The translations under genes were made by a program, and so were the position numbers. 64,000 bases of DNA from the NCBI GenBank assembly GCA_963779755.1, contig CAVZZO010000001.1, forward strand, positions 2,301,666 through 2,365,665. The letters run 5' to 3'. The DNA comes from an uncultured Gemmatimonadales bacterium (GTDB lineage: Bacteria > Gemmatimonadota > Gemmatimonadetes > Gemmatimonadales > GWC2-71-9). Position 1 is the first letter of the stretch. Each line of letters begins with the position of its first letter. This document shows positions 44,804-53,531 of this stretch, piece by piece. The notes under the pieces are model-generated. The model ran no database searches. It was given only the letters and a program-made list of their open reading frames with translations, and was not told where the DNA came from.

Positions 44804-46516
44804 ATGCCCGGACGCATCGTCATTCTGCCGGACGCCGTTGCCGACCAGATCGCCGCCGGCGAGGTCGTCGAGCGCCCGGCCTCGGTGGCCAAGGAGCTGA
44901 TCGAAAACGCGCTGGATGCGGGCGCCACGCGCATCCGGGTGGTGGCGGAGAACGGCGGCAAGACGCTCGTCGAGGTGAGTGACGACGGCTCGGGCATGGG
45001 CCGGGAAGACGCCCTGCTCGCGCTCGACCGCCACGCCACCAGCAAGATCCGCAGCGCCGCCGATCTGGTCGGGGTGGCCACCTTCGGCTTCCGGGGCGAG
45101 GCATTGCCCTCGATCGCCTCGGTCTCCCGCTTCTCGCTGACCACCGCCGAAGCGGACGGCGAAGGCACCCGGGTGTCGGTGGTGGGGGGACGGGTCGAGC
45201 GGGTGGATGCCGCGGCCCGGCAGCGGGGCACCACGGTTTCGGTGCAGGGTCTGTTCTTCAACACGCCGGCCCGGCGGAAATTCCTCCGTTCGGTCTCCAG
45301 CGAGACGCGCGCCCTGACCGAGGTCGTTTCCACCCTCGCGCTGGCGCACCCCGAGGCCGGCATCGAGCTGGAGCTGGACGGCCGGCTGCGGCTGCAGGTG
45401 CCGCCGGGCCAGGACCTGGGCGAGCGCCTCGCCGGCGTCTGGGGGCGCGATCTCTCCGGCACCCTGGTCCCGGTGCAGTACGCGTTGGGCCGGTTCCGCG
45501 TCGGCGGGTTCGCCCAGCGTCCCGGCGATGCGCGGCCCACCGGGCGCCGCACGCAGCTCTTCGTCAACGGCCGGCCCTTCCGCGACTCCTTTCTGGTTCG
45601 CGCCGCCGAGGCCGGGTACCGCTCCGCCATCGCGCCGGGCGACCGCCCGTCGCTCCTGCTGCTCATCGACGCGCCCAGCGACGAGGTGGATGTCAACGTG
45701 CATCCGGCCAAGCTCGAGGTACGCTTCCGCGACCGGATCAGTCTGGAGCGGGTCGTGGAAGAAGCGGTGCGCGACGCCCTGGGCCGGCTGGTCGCCGCCG
45801 TGCCGGTGGGCGACTGGCGCCCCTCGCCCGGCGGCCCGCCGCTCAGCCCTGATGCGGCGGCACGCCTCTGGGCGCCGCTGGAGGCGGAGCAGGGGAATGC
45901 CGAACTGTTTCCCGCCGGCCCCGGCGAGACGGCGGCCGATCCGATGCCGCCGGGCGGCCTGGTCCAGGTCTTCCAGACCTACATCCTCTACCAGGCCGAG
46001 GACGCCGTCGTGATCGTGGATCAGCACTCCGCCCAGGAGCGGGTGCTCTACGAGCGGGTCCTGGCGCAGTTGAGCGAGGGCGGGGCACCGATGCAGCGCC
46101 TGCTGCTCCCCCTCACGGTCGATCTCACCGATGAAGAGCTGGACGTGGTGGAGACGCACCGGCGGGAACTGGAGCGCGTCGGGTTCGAGGTCGGCGAATT
46201 CGGCGGGCGCAGCGTCGTGCTGCACGCGGTGCCTAACCCCCATCCGCGCTTCGACGCGGCGCGCTGCTTCCGGGAGATGGTGGCCGACCTTGCCCGGGGC
46301 CGGTTCGGCGGGTGGGCCAACCGGTTGGAGCGGTTCGCGGCCACCTTCGCCTGCCGGGCGGCCGTGAAGGCGGGGGAGCGGCTGGACCCGCGGGAGATGC
46401 GGGAGCTGCTGCTGCAGCTGGCCGCCACCCGGCTGCCCCCGCACGATGTGCACGGCCGGGCGACCATGGTCCAGCTGCCCCGTGAAGAACTCGAGCGGCG
46501 CTTCGGACGGCGATAG
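44804..46516 (+). CDS. mutL: DNA mismatch repair protein MutL
   Basis: QIAAGEVVERPASV.KELIENALDAGA, DDGSGM, HATSKI, GFRGEAL, VDVNVHPAK.EVRF, DQH..ER. Confidence 0.97.
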   Translation: MPGRIVILPDAVADQIAAGEVVERPASVAKELIENALDAGATRIRVVAENGGKTLVEVSDDGSGMGREDALLALDRHATSKIRSAADLVGVATFGFRGEALPSIASVSRFSLTTAEADGEGTRVSVVGGRVERVDAAARQRGTTVSVQGLFFNTPARRKFLRSVSSETRALTEVVSTLALAHPEAGIELELDGRLRLQVPPGQDLGERLAGVWGRDLSGTLVPVQYALGRFRVGGFAQRPGDARPTGRRTQLFVNGRPFRDSFLVRAAEAGYRSAIAPGDRPSLLLLIDAPSDEVDVNVHPAKLEVRFRDRISLERVVEEAVRDALGRLVAAVPVGDWRPSPGGPPLSPDAAARLWAPLEAEQGNAELFPAGPGETAADPMPPGGLVQVFQTYILYQAEDAVVIVDQHSAQERVLYERVLAQLSEGGAPMQRLLLPLTVDLTDEELDVVETHRRELERVGFEVGEFGGRSVVLHAVPNPHPRFDAARCFREMVADLARGRFGGWANRLERFAATFACRAAVKAGERLDPREMRELLLQLAATRLPPHDVHGRATMVQLPREELERRFGRR

Positions 46517-47423
46517 AGTCCCGGTGCTGGTGGGGCCGACCGCCGTCGGGAAGACGGCGGTCGCGCTGGCGCTGGCCGAATGCTGGGACATCGAAATCAT
46601 CTCGGCGGACAGCCGGCAGATCTACCGGCACCTCGATGTGGGTACCGCCAAACCGACGGCGCGGGAGCGGGCCCGGGTGCCGCATCACGGCCTCGACCTG
46701 GTCCGCCCGGGGCAGCGCTACAGCGCGGGCCGGTTTGCCCGCGATGCCACCCGCTGGGTGCGCGAGATCCAGGCGCGGGGGCGGCGGCCCGTGGTGGTAG
46801 GCGGCACGGGGCTCTATGTTCGGGCGCTGACCGACGGACTGTTCCGCGAGCCTCCGCTCGATCCGGAGCGGCGCGAAGCCCTGGAGCGCTGGACCCGCGG
46901 GCTCGACGCCGCCGACCTGGTCCGGTTCGCCGGGCGGCTGGACCCGGGCTTCCGCCCCGGCGGCCGGCAGCGTGCGGCCCGGGCCATCGAGATTGCCCTG
47001 CTCACCGGCCGGGCGCTCAGCTGGTGGCAGCGGACGGCACGGGCGCAGCGCGGCGTCCATCCCTGGTTCGTGCGCCTCACGGTGCCGCGGCCGGTGCTGC
47101 ACGAGCGGATCCGCCGCCGGGCGGACGACATGGTGCGGCGCGGGGTGATCGAGGAAACCGCCGCCATGCTGGCGGAAGGGCTGCCCCGGAACGCGCCGGG
47201 CCTCGATGCCATCGGCATGCGCGAGGCGGTGCAGTATCTGCAGGGCGAACGGTCGCGCGAGAGTGTGGCCGAGGCGATCGCGCAGAGCACGCGGCAGTAC
47301 GCCAGGCGTCAGGAGACCTGGTTCCGCCACCAGTTGGGCGGCGCCGTGCTCACCCTGGATGCGAGTCGGGGGCCGCAGGCGGTGGCGCGCGAGATCATCA
47401 GGCTATGGGAGGAGGCGGGCTGA
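46482..47423 (+). CDS. miaA: tRNA dimethylallyltransferase (start uncertain)
   Basis: GPTAVGKT, ISADSRQIY..LDVGTAKP, VGGTGLY, TRQYARRQ.TWF; mutL-miaA synteny. Confidence 0.95.
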   Translation: MKNSSGASDGDRVPVLVGPTAVGKTAVALALAECWDIEIISADSRQIYRHLDVGTAKPTARERARVPHHGLDLVRPGQRYSAGRFARDATRWVREIQARGRRPVVVGGTGLYVRALTDGLFREPPLDPERREALERWTRGLDAADLVRFAGRLDPGFRPGGRQRAARAIEIALLTGRALSWWQRTARAQRGVHPWFVRLTVPRPVLHERIRRRADDMVRRGVIEETAAMLAEGLPRNAPGLDAIGMREAVQYLQGERSRESVAEAIAQSTRQYARRQETWFRHQLGGAVLTLDASRGPQAVAREIIRLWEEAG

Positions 47424-47457
47424 TGCGGCACTCTGAAGATGGCTCATCACACTTGCC

Positions 47458-47522
47458 GGAACCAGGAACCGGGGACCAGGGACATACTCCCCGGATTCCT
47501 GATTCCTGGTTCCTGGTCCCTG
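47458..47522. repeat. Heptamer-repeat hairpin, family B
   Basis: GGAACCAGGAACCGGGGACCAGGG ... CCCGGATTCCTGATTCCTGGTTCCTGGTCCCT. Confidence 0.85.
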
Positions 47523-47529
47523 GTGTTTC

Positions 47530-48657
47530 ATGCGCATAGGCATCACCTGCTACCCCACCTACGGCGGCTCCGGCGCGGTGGCGACCGAGCTGGGCCTGGC
47601 GCTCGCCCACCGGGGCCACGAGGTGCATTTCATCTCCTACGCCTCGCCCTTCCGGCTGCGCGGGTTCGTGGAACGGGTCTACTTCCACGAGGTGGACACG
47701 CGGATGGGCCACTATCCGCTGTTCGAGTTCTATCCCTACTCGCTGGCGCTGGCCTCGAAACAGCACGAAGTGGCTCTGCGGGAACGGCTCGACGTGCTGC
47801 ATGTGCACTATGCCATCCCCCACGCCACCGCGGCCTACCTGGCCCGGGAGATGCTCGAAGACGAGCTGCCCCTCAAGGTGGTGACCACCCTGCACGGGAC
47901 CGACATCATGCTGGTGGGACAGGAGGCCAGCTTCTACGCCATCACCCGCTTCAGCATCGAACGATCCGACCGGGTCACCGCCGTATCGAAGTTTCTGAGG
48001 GATGAGACCCGGCGCGCGTTCGGCTGCGTGGACTGCGATATCCAGGTCATTCCCAATTTCGTGAATCTCGAGGAATACCAGCCGGGCGGGAACGACTGCC
48101 GCGGCTCGGTAGCGCCCCCGGACCACAAGCTCATCACCCACGTGTCCAACTTCCGCGAGGTGAAACGGGTGAAGGACGTGGTCCGGGTGTTCGCCCGGAT
48201 CCGCCGCGCCATGCCCGCCACGCTGCTCATGATCGGCGAGGGTCCGGAGCGCGAGGAGGCCGAGCGCGAGGCCCGCGAGCTCCGGGTGAACGAGGATGTG
48301 CGATTCCTCGGCCGGCTCGATCGGGTGGCCAACCTGCTGCAGGCCAGCGACCTCTTTATCCTGCCCAGCCAGTCGGAGTCCTTCGGCCTGGCGGCGCTGG
48401 AGGCCATGGCGTGCGGCGTGCCTGTGGTGGCCACCCAGGCCGGCGGCCTGCCCGAGGTGATCCAGGACGGCGTCAGCGGCATCCTGGAACCGGTGGGCTC
48501 GGTGGAGGCCATGGGACGGCGCGCGGTTGAGCTGCTGCGCAATCCCGAGGCCCACCGCGCCATGGCGGAGGCGGCCGTCGCACAGGCACGGACCTTCTCC
48601 ACCGACCGGATCATCCCCATGTACGAGACACTGTACCAGGAGGCGGTGTCCTCGTGA
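47530..48657 (+). CDS. bshA: N-acetyl-alpha-D-glucosaminyl L-malate synthase
   Basis: IGITCYPTYGGSG.VATELG, HVHYAIPHA, TTLHGTDI, HVSNFR.VKR, ESFGLAALEAMACG. Confidence 0.93.
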   Translation: MRIGITCYPTYGGSGAVATELGLALAHRGHEVHFISYASPFRLRGFVERVYFHEVDTRMGHYPLFEFYPYSLALASKQHEVALRERLDVLHVHYAIPHATAAYLAREMLEDELPLKVVTTLHGTDIMLVGQEASFYAITRFSIERSDRVTAVSKFLRDETRRAFGCVDCDIQVIPNFVNLEEYQPGGNDCRGSVAPPDHKLITHVSNFREVKRVKDVVRVFARIRRAMPATLLMIGEGPEREEAEREARELRVNEDVRFLGRLDRVANLLQASDLFILPSQSESFGLAALEAMACGVPVVATQAGGLPEVIQDGVSGILEPVGSVEAMGRRAVELLRNPEAHRAMAEAAVAQARTFSTDRIIPMYETLYQEAVSS

Positions 48658-48679
48658 CCCTCACGGCCCCCGAATCCTG

Positions 48680-49498
48680 ATGATTCCGGTGCATCCCTGG
48701 CTCGCCGCTTTCCTCCTGGGCATCGTCGAAGGTGCGACCGAATTTCTGCCGGTCTCCTCCACCGGGCACCTGATCCTGGCCGGCGATCTGCTGGGCTTTA
48801 CCGGCGATCGTGCCAAGGCGTTCGAGATCTTCATCCAGCTCGGCGCCATCCTGGCGATCGTCTGGGTGTACCGCCGGACCTTGCTCGACGTGCTGGCCCA
48901 CGCCACCAGCGAGCCGCGCGCGGCGCGGCTGGTGCGCAACCTCGCGATCGCCTTTCTGCCCGCCGCCATCGTGGGCTTCTTCGCCCATGACTGGATCAAG
49001 CGGGTCCTGTTCAGCCCGGTGGTCGTGGCCTGGGCGCTGGTGCTGGGCGGCTTCGCCATCCTGCTGATCGAGTGGTGGCAGCCGCCCGACCGGGTGGACG
49101 ACGTCGAGGCCATGCCTGAGCGCCTGGCGCTCGGCGTCGGGCTGGCCCAGGTCCTCTCGCTCATTCCGGGAACCTCCCGGGCGGGCGCCACCATCATGGG
49201 CGGCTACGCGCTGGGCATGTCCCGCGCCGCGGCCACGCTGTTCTCGTTCTACCTGGCGGTGCCGGTGATGCTGGCGGCGACCGGCTACGACCTGCTGAAG
49301 AGCCGGGGGGCGCTGGCCGCCGGCGACGTGCCGGTCTTCGCCATCGGCTTCGTGGTAGCGTTCGTCTCGGCGCTCATCGTGGTGCGGATGTTCCTGCGAT
49401 TCATCTCGCACCATACCTTTCGGGTCTTCGCCTGGTACCGCATCGTGTTCGGCGCGCTGCTCCTCCTGCTGCTCTGGACCGGCGTCTGGAGGGGATGA
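48680..49498 (+). CDS. uppP: Undecaprenyl-diphosphate phosphatase
   Basis: GIVEGATEFLPVSSTGH, IQLGAILA, PGTSRAGATI, FAWYRI. Confidence 0.96.
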   Translation: MIPVHPWLAAFLLGIVEGATEFLPVSSTGHLILAGDLLGFTGDRAKAFEIFIQLGAILAIVWVYRRTLLDVLAHATSEPRAARLVRNLAIAFLPAAIVGFFAHDWIKRVLFSPVVVAWALVLGGFAILLIEWWQPPDRVDDVEAMPERLALGVGLAQVLSLIPGTSRAGATIMGGYALGMSRAAATLFSFYLAVPVMLAATGYDLLKSRGALAAGDVPVFAIGFVVAFVSALIVVRMFLRFISHHTFRVFAWYRIVFGALLLLLLWTGVWRG

Positions 49499-50211
49499 GC
49501 CCGGTCCCGCCGGTCATCCACCGGGCACAGGTGGGCTCGACGCTCGACCTGCTGCACCGGCTGGCGCAGGAGGGCGCCCAGGCCGGCACGGCCGTTCTGG
49601 CCGACGAGCAGCTGCAGGGGCGCGGCGCCCGAGGCCATCAGTGGCACTCGCCGGTGGGCGGGCTGTGGCTCAGCGTGCTGTACCGGCCCGCCGGTCCGGT
49701 CGTGCCGGAGGTGCTGTCACTTCGGCTGGCGCTGACGGTGGTCCGGGCGCTCGAGGTCGCGGCGGGCCCCGGGCCGGTGGCGATCAAGTGGCCCAACGAT
49801 CTGTTGCTGGACGGTCGCAAGCTGGGCGGAGTGCTCTGCGAACTGCGCTGGCACGGGAGCACCCTCGCGTGGATCGCCGCGGGCGTCGGGATCAATGTGG
49901 CCAACCCGCTGCCGCCGGAGGTCCGGGCCGGCGCGGCCCGGCTGGTCGACCATCACCCGGAGATCACCCCGGCCCGGCTGGCGGCACCGCTCATCGAGGC
50001 GCTGCGACGGCTGCCGCTGGGCCGCCCCGCGTTGACGGACGACGAAATCGCCGAGTGGGACCGGCGCGACTGGCTCCGGGGACGACGGCTGGCCGAGCCG
50101 GTGAGCGGTATCGCGATCGGTGTGGGGCGCGATGGAACCCTGCGGGTACGCGGCACCGGCGGGTCGGTCATTGCGGCCCGCAGCGGCCATGTGGTGCTGG
50201 CCGGGACCTGA
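49495..50211 (+). CDS. birA: Biotin-protein ligase without N-terminal HTH
   Basis: Q..GRG..G..W.SP..GL..S, IKWPNDL..GRKLGGVL.E, GVGINV. Confidence 0.9.
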   Translation: MSPVPPVIHRAQVGSTLDLLHRLAQEGAQAGTAVLADEQLQGRGARGHQWHSPVGGLWLSVLYRPAGPVVPEVLSLRLALTVVRALEVAAGPGPVAIKWPNDLLLDGRKLGGVLCELRWHGSTLAWIAAGVGINVANPLPPEVRAGAARLVDHHPEITPARLAAPLIEALRRLPLGRPALTDDEIAEWDRRDWLRGRRLAEPVSGIAIGVGRDGTLRVRGTGGSVIAARSGHVVLAGT

Positions 50212-50260
50212 ACGGCCCGGCGGAAGGCGGCAGCGAACTCTTCTTTTCCGGGCGTGAGCC

Positions 50261-51040
50261 ATGCTTCTGACTCTGGATATCGGGAATTCCGAAATCACGG
50301 CCGCGCTGTTCCGGGGCGACAGCCTCACCGCGCACTGGCGGCTCACCACCAACCCCGACCGGACACCCGACGAATGGGCCAGCACCCTGGGCTCCTTTCT
50401 CATCGGCGGCGGCCACTCGCCCAACGAAGTCCGCGCCATCTGTCTCTCCTCGGTGGCGCCGCAGGTGACCCAGAGTCTCAGCACCGGTCTGGAGACGCTG
50501 ACCGGCTGCCGCCCCGCCGCCATCGGTCCCCGCTCGCCGCTGCCGCTGCGACTGGAGGTCGACGAGCCCCTGGCGGTCGGCGCCGACCGCATTGCCAACT
50601 CGCTTGCCGCGCTGGAGATCTACCGGCGCGACATGGTCGTGGTCGATTTCGGTACCGCGACCACCTTCGACTGCGTGACCGGCGACGGGCGCTTCCTGGG
50701 CGGCGCCATCATGCCGGGCGTCCGGACCAGCGCCGAGCAGCTGACGCGCAAGGCGGCCAAACTGCCGGCGACCGAGCTGGCGGCGCCGGAGCGCGCGATC
50801 AGCCGGCGCACGGAAGATGCGATCCGCGCCGGCGTGCTCTACGGGACCGCCGATGCGATTGACGGAATGGTCCGCCGCATCCGGGCCGAATGGCCGGGGG
50901 GCGGCAACCCGGGCGTCGTGGCGACCGGCGGGCTGGCGCCGATGATCGCGCACCTGAGCCAGTCGATCGAGCAGGTCGATCCCGATCTCACCATGCGCGG
51001 CCTGCGTTTCGCCGCCGGCCATCTCGGGCTGGAATGGTAG
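50261..51040 (+). CDS. coaX: Type III pantothenate kinase
   Basis: LDIGNS, VGADR, VDFGTATT, GGAIMPG, VATGG. Confidence 0.96.
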   Translation: MLLTLDIGNSEITAALFRGDSLTAHWRLTTNPDRTPDEWASTLGSFLIGGGHSPNEVRAICLSSVAPQVTQSLSTGLETLTGCRPAAIGPRSPLPLRLEVDEPLAVGADRIANSLAALEIYRRDMVVVDFGTATTFDCVTGDGRFLGGAIMPGVRTSAEQLTRKAAKLPATELAAPERAISRRTEDAIRAGVLYGTADAIDGMVRRIRAEWPGGGNPGVVATGGLAPMIAHLSQSIEQVDPDLTMRGLRFAAGHLGLEW

Positions 51041-51975
51041 CGCCCCACTGGGCCGCCAGCCCGGCGCGCCGCCGGGCGCACCGGCTGCTGGGACCGGCCT
51101 TTCCCTATCTGCTGCACCTCCGCCTGGCGGAGTGGCCCATCATGGCGGCCCACACCGCCCTGGGCTACGTGCTGGCGGTGGGCTTCTCCGGCGTCGCCCG
51201 GGGCGAGGCCCTGGGGCCCGCCCTGCTGGGCCTCGCCATCTGGGTGGTCTGCCTCAACGGGGGCACGCTGGCCCTCAACTCGGCATTCGACCAGGACACC
51301 GGCGACATCGGCTATCTCAACGCGCCGCCACCGCCGCCGCGGTATCTGGCCGCCTTCAGCCTGGGGCTGCTGCTGGTGGGACAGGCTGCCGCGTTTCTCC
51401 TGCCGGTGGCGTTCGGCTGGGTCTATGCGGCGTGTTTCCTCCTGAGCGTGCTCTACTCGGTGCCGCCGTTCCGCCTCAAGGCGGTGGCGGGAGCCGACTG
51501 GCTCATCAACATGTGGGGCTTCGGCACGCTGACCCCCTATGCCGGCTGGGCGGCCACCGGGCGGCCGCTGGAACCGGCCGGCCTCTTCGCCCTCCTGGCG
51601 TTCTGTCCCCTGTTTGCCGCGCTCTACCCGCTGACCCAGTTCTACCAGTTCGAGGAAGACCGCCGGCGAGGCGATGATACCCTGGCGATACGGCTGGGCA
51701 TGGGCCGCAGTCTCGATATCGCCATCGTCGCCGCGGTCCTGGCGTTCGTGCTGTTCGCGGCAGGGGGCCACCGCGCCGGCTGGGGGAGCGGAACCGGCGG
51801 CCTGCTCCGCTGGGGCGGGCTGGGCCTGGCGGCCCTGGCGTGGGCGCTGGTGCTGCTGCCGTGGCGCCGCCGGCACCAGTCGATGCTGCCGGCCGAGCAT
51901 CAGCGGGGGATGTACCACGCGCTCTGGGCCTGGGCGGTGACCGACGTGGTGGTGCTGCTGGCGTGGGGGTGGTGA
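51034..51975 (+). CDS. UbiA family prenyltransferase-like membrane protein
   Basis: NSAFDQDTGD first Asp motif, LYSVPPFRLK, QFYQFEED...GD.TLA second motif, many TMs. Confidence 0.85.
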   Translation: MVAPHWAASPARRRAHRLLGPAFPYLLHLRLAEWPIMAAHTALGYVLAVGFSGVARGEALGPALLGLAIWVVCLNGGTLALNSAFDQDTGDIGYLNAPPPPPRYLAAFSLGLLLVGQAAAFLLPVAFGWVYAACFLLSVLYSVPPFRLKAVAGADWLINMWGFGTLTPYAGWAATGRPLEPAGLFALLAFCPLFAALYPLTQFYQFEEDRRRGDDTLAIRLGMGRSLDIAIVAAVLAFVLFAAGGHRAGWGSGTGGLLRWGGLGLAALAWALVLLPWRRRHQSMLPAEHQRGMYHALWAWAVTDVVVLLAWGW

Positions 51976-51976
51976 A

Positions 51977-52100
51977 GGGACCGGGATTCAGGAGTCAGGA
52001 TTCAGGGCCCCTCCCTCCCCGCCGTTCGAGTGCAGACTATTGGAAGCAAGGGCGGACGGGAGGAGAGGCCCCTGACTCCTGAATCCTGACCCCTGACTCC
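51977..52100. repeat. Heptamer-repeat hairpin, family B
   Basis: GGGATTCAGGAGTCAGGATTCAGGG ... CCCTGACTCCTGAATCCTGACCCCTGACTCC. Confidence 0.85.
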
Positions 52101-52129
52101 TTGTCGTAACCCCTTCCGCTCACTATACT
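52101..52129 (+). promoter_or_regulatory. Sigma70-type promoter
   Basis: TTGTCG-17 bp-TATACT directly after the repeat hairpin. Confidence 0.6.
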
Positions 52130-52187
52130 TGTCCCGAATTCAAGGGCCCCGGTGCGGGGCGGAAATCCAGCCAAAACGGGAGATCGC

Positions 52188-52817
52188 ATGACCAGCGCGG
52201 TGGCAGTGCACGACCAGGCGGATCGCACCGATCTTCCCTATGTCCTCCGCATGGCCATCATTCTGGGCGTGGTCGAGGCCCTGTTCGTCGTGCTCTTCTC
52301 CTTCGCCACCCGGCTGTTCGGCGGGGTGGTGGAACAGGCGATCCTCGCCGTCCTGCTGGTCATCGCCCTGTCGGTCATCGTCATCCTGCCGGGCCAGTGG
52401 ACCCGGGCGCGCACCGTCCAGGGGATCGCCGGCGCGGCGGGAATCAGTCTGGCCGCCTGCGGCATCTTTCTGCTGGTGGATGTCTCGCTGCTGCAGCCGC
52501 TCGGGGTCTATACTCATCGCTGGCGCGACATCGGCGGCGGCAGCAACTGGTGGTATCACCCGATCTGGTGGATCCTCGGCACCTATCTGGCGTGGCTCGG
52601 CGCCTTTGCCCAGTCCAACCAGGCCGCCCGGCGGGGCTCGCCCTCGGTGATCGGGGTCCTGGGAATCCTCTTCCTCCTGATGATCGTCCTCGGCGTGATC
52701 GCCATCGCCGTCGGTTTCCCCGGCGCGGGGTGGAACGTGGCCACGTTCGGGGTGGCGGTTGTTCCCGCACTGCCGCTCACCACCCTGCTCACGGCGCTGG
52801 GCAGCCGGCGCGCCTGA
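52188..52817 (+). CDS. Hypothetical multi-pass membrane protein
   Basis: About six hydrophobic helices, loop YTHRWRDIGGGSNWWYHPIWW; GGAG SD. Confidence 0.8.
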   Translation: MTSAVAVHDQADRTDLPYVLRMAIILGVVEALFVVLFSFATRLFGGVVEQAILAVLLVIALSVIVILPGQWTRARTVQGIAGAAGISLAACGIFLLVDVSLLQPLGVYTHRWRDIGGGSNWWYHPIWWILGTYLAWLGAFAQSNQAARRGSPSVIGVLGILFLLMIVLGVIAIAVGFPGAGWNVATFGVAVVPALPLTTLLTALGSRRA

Positions 52818-52827
52818 GCATGCGGCG

Positions 52828-53136
52828 ATGAAGGCGCTCCGGTTTCTGCTCCGCCTGCTGGGATGGCTGCTCACGCCGCTGGTGGCGTGGGCAGCTTCGT
52901 TTTGCGGTGCCCTGATCGGTACCCTGGTCGCCACCCGTCTCGCCTCTCCTCCTGCGGGGCTCGTCGTCACCGCCGCCGCCGGCGTCCTGGCCGGGTTCGG
53001 CGCGCTGGCGGTCGTCATTCACTACCTCCGCCGCTCGCCGCGGCTGCGCGAAGCGCTCAATGTCACCGGTGACGCCATTCCCGAGCCGGCCGCCGAATCG
53101 CTGCTGGGCGAGGACGAAGCGCACGAGCAGCCCTGA
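52828..53136 (+). CDS. Hypothetical two-TM protein
   Basis: LLGWLLTPLVAWAASFCGA hydrophobic segments; overlap with the next ATG. Confidence 0.7.
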   Translation: MKALRFLLRLLGWLLTPLVAWAASFCGALIGTLVATRLASPPAGLVVTAAAGVLAGFGALAVVIHYLRRSPRLREALNVTGDAIPEPAAESLLGEDEAHEQP

Positions 53137-53531
53137 TGCGCCGGCTCCCGCTCCTTCTGCTTCCCGCCATCTGGGCCTGTGGCCGGGACCACCGTCCGCC
53201 GGCCGATCACGCGACGTCAACGCCGGACAGCGCGAGCGGCCGGGTGGCGGCCGGCGATTCGCTGCTGATGCGCCTGCCGCAGGGAGGGACCCTGGTGGCG
53301 GGGTTCGCCCGGGTAGAGCGGACGGCGGCGGGCGATAGTTGCACCGAGCACGGTCTGGTGATCCGGCGCGACGGCCAGGAACGAAAGGTGCCGCTGCTCT
53401 ATACCGCCGAGATGCCGGTACCGGTCAACGACAGCACCATCCGGGCGGTGCTCTACCGCGACTGTGCGCCCGCCGACACCTACCTGGTGGATCTGCGCAC
53501 CGGATATCCCCGACGGGTGAAACCGCGGTGA
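53136..53531 (+). CDS. Putative lipoprotein
   Basis: MRRLPLLLLPAIWAC lipobox; GAGG upstream; translationally coupled on both sides. Confidence 0.75.
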   Translation: MRRLPLLLLPAIWACGRDHRPPADHATSTPDSASGRVAAGDSLLMRLPQGGTLVAGFARVERTAAGDSCTEHGLVIRRDGQERKVPLLYTAEMPVPVNDSTIRAVLYRDCAPADTYLVDLRTGYPRRVKPR

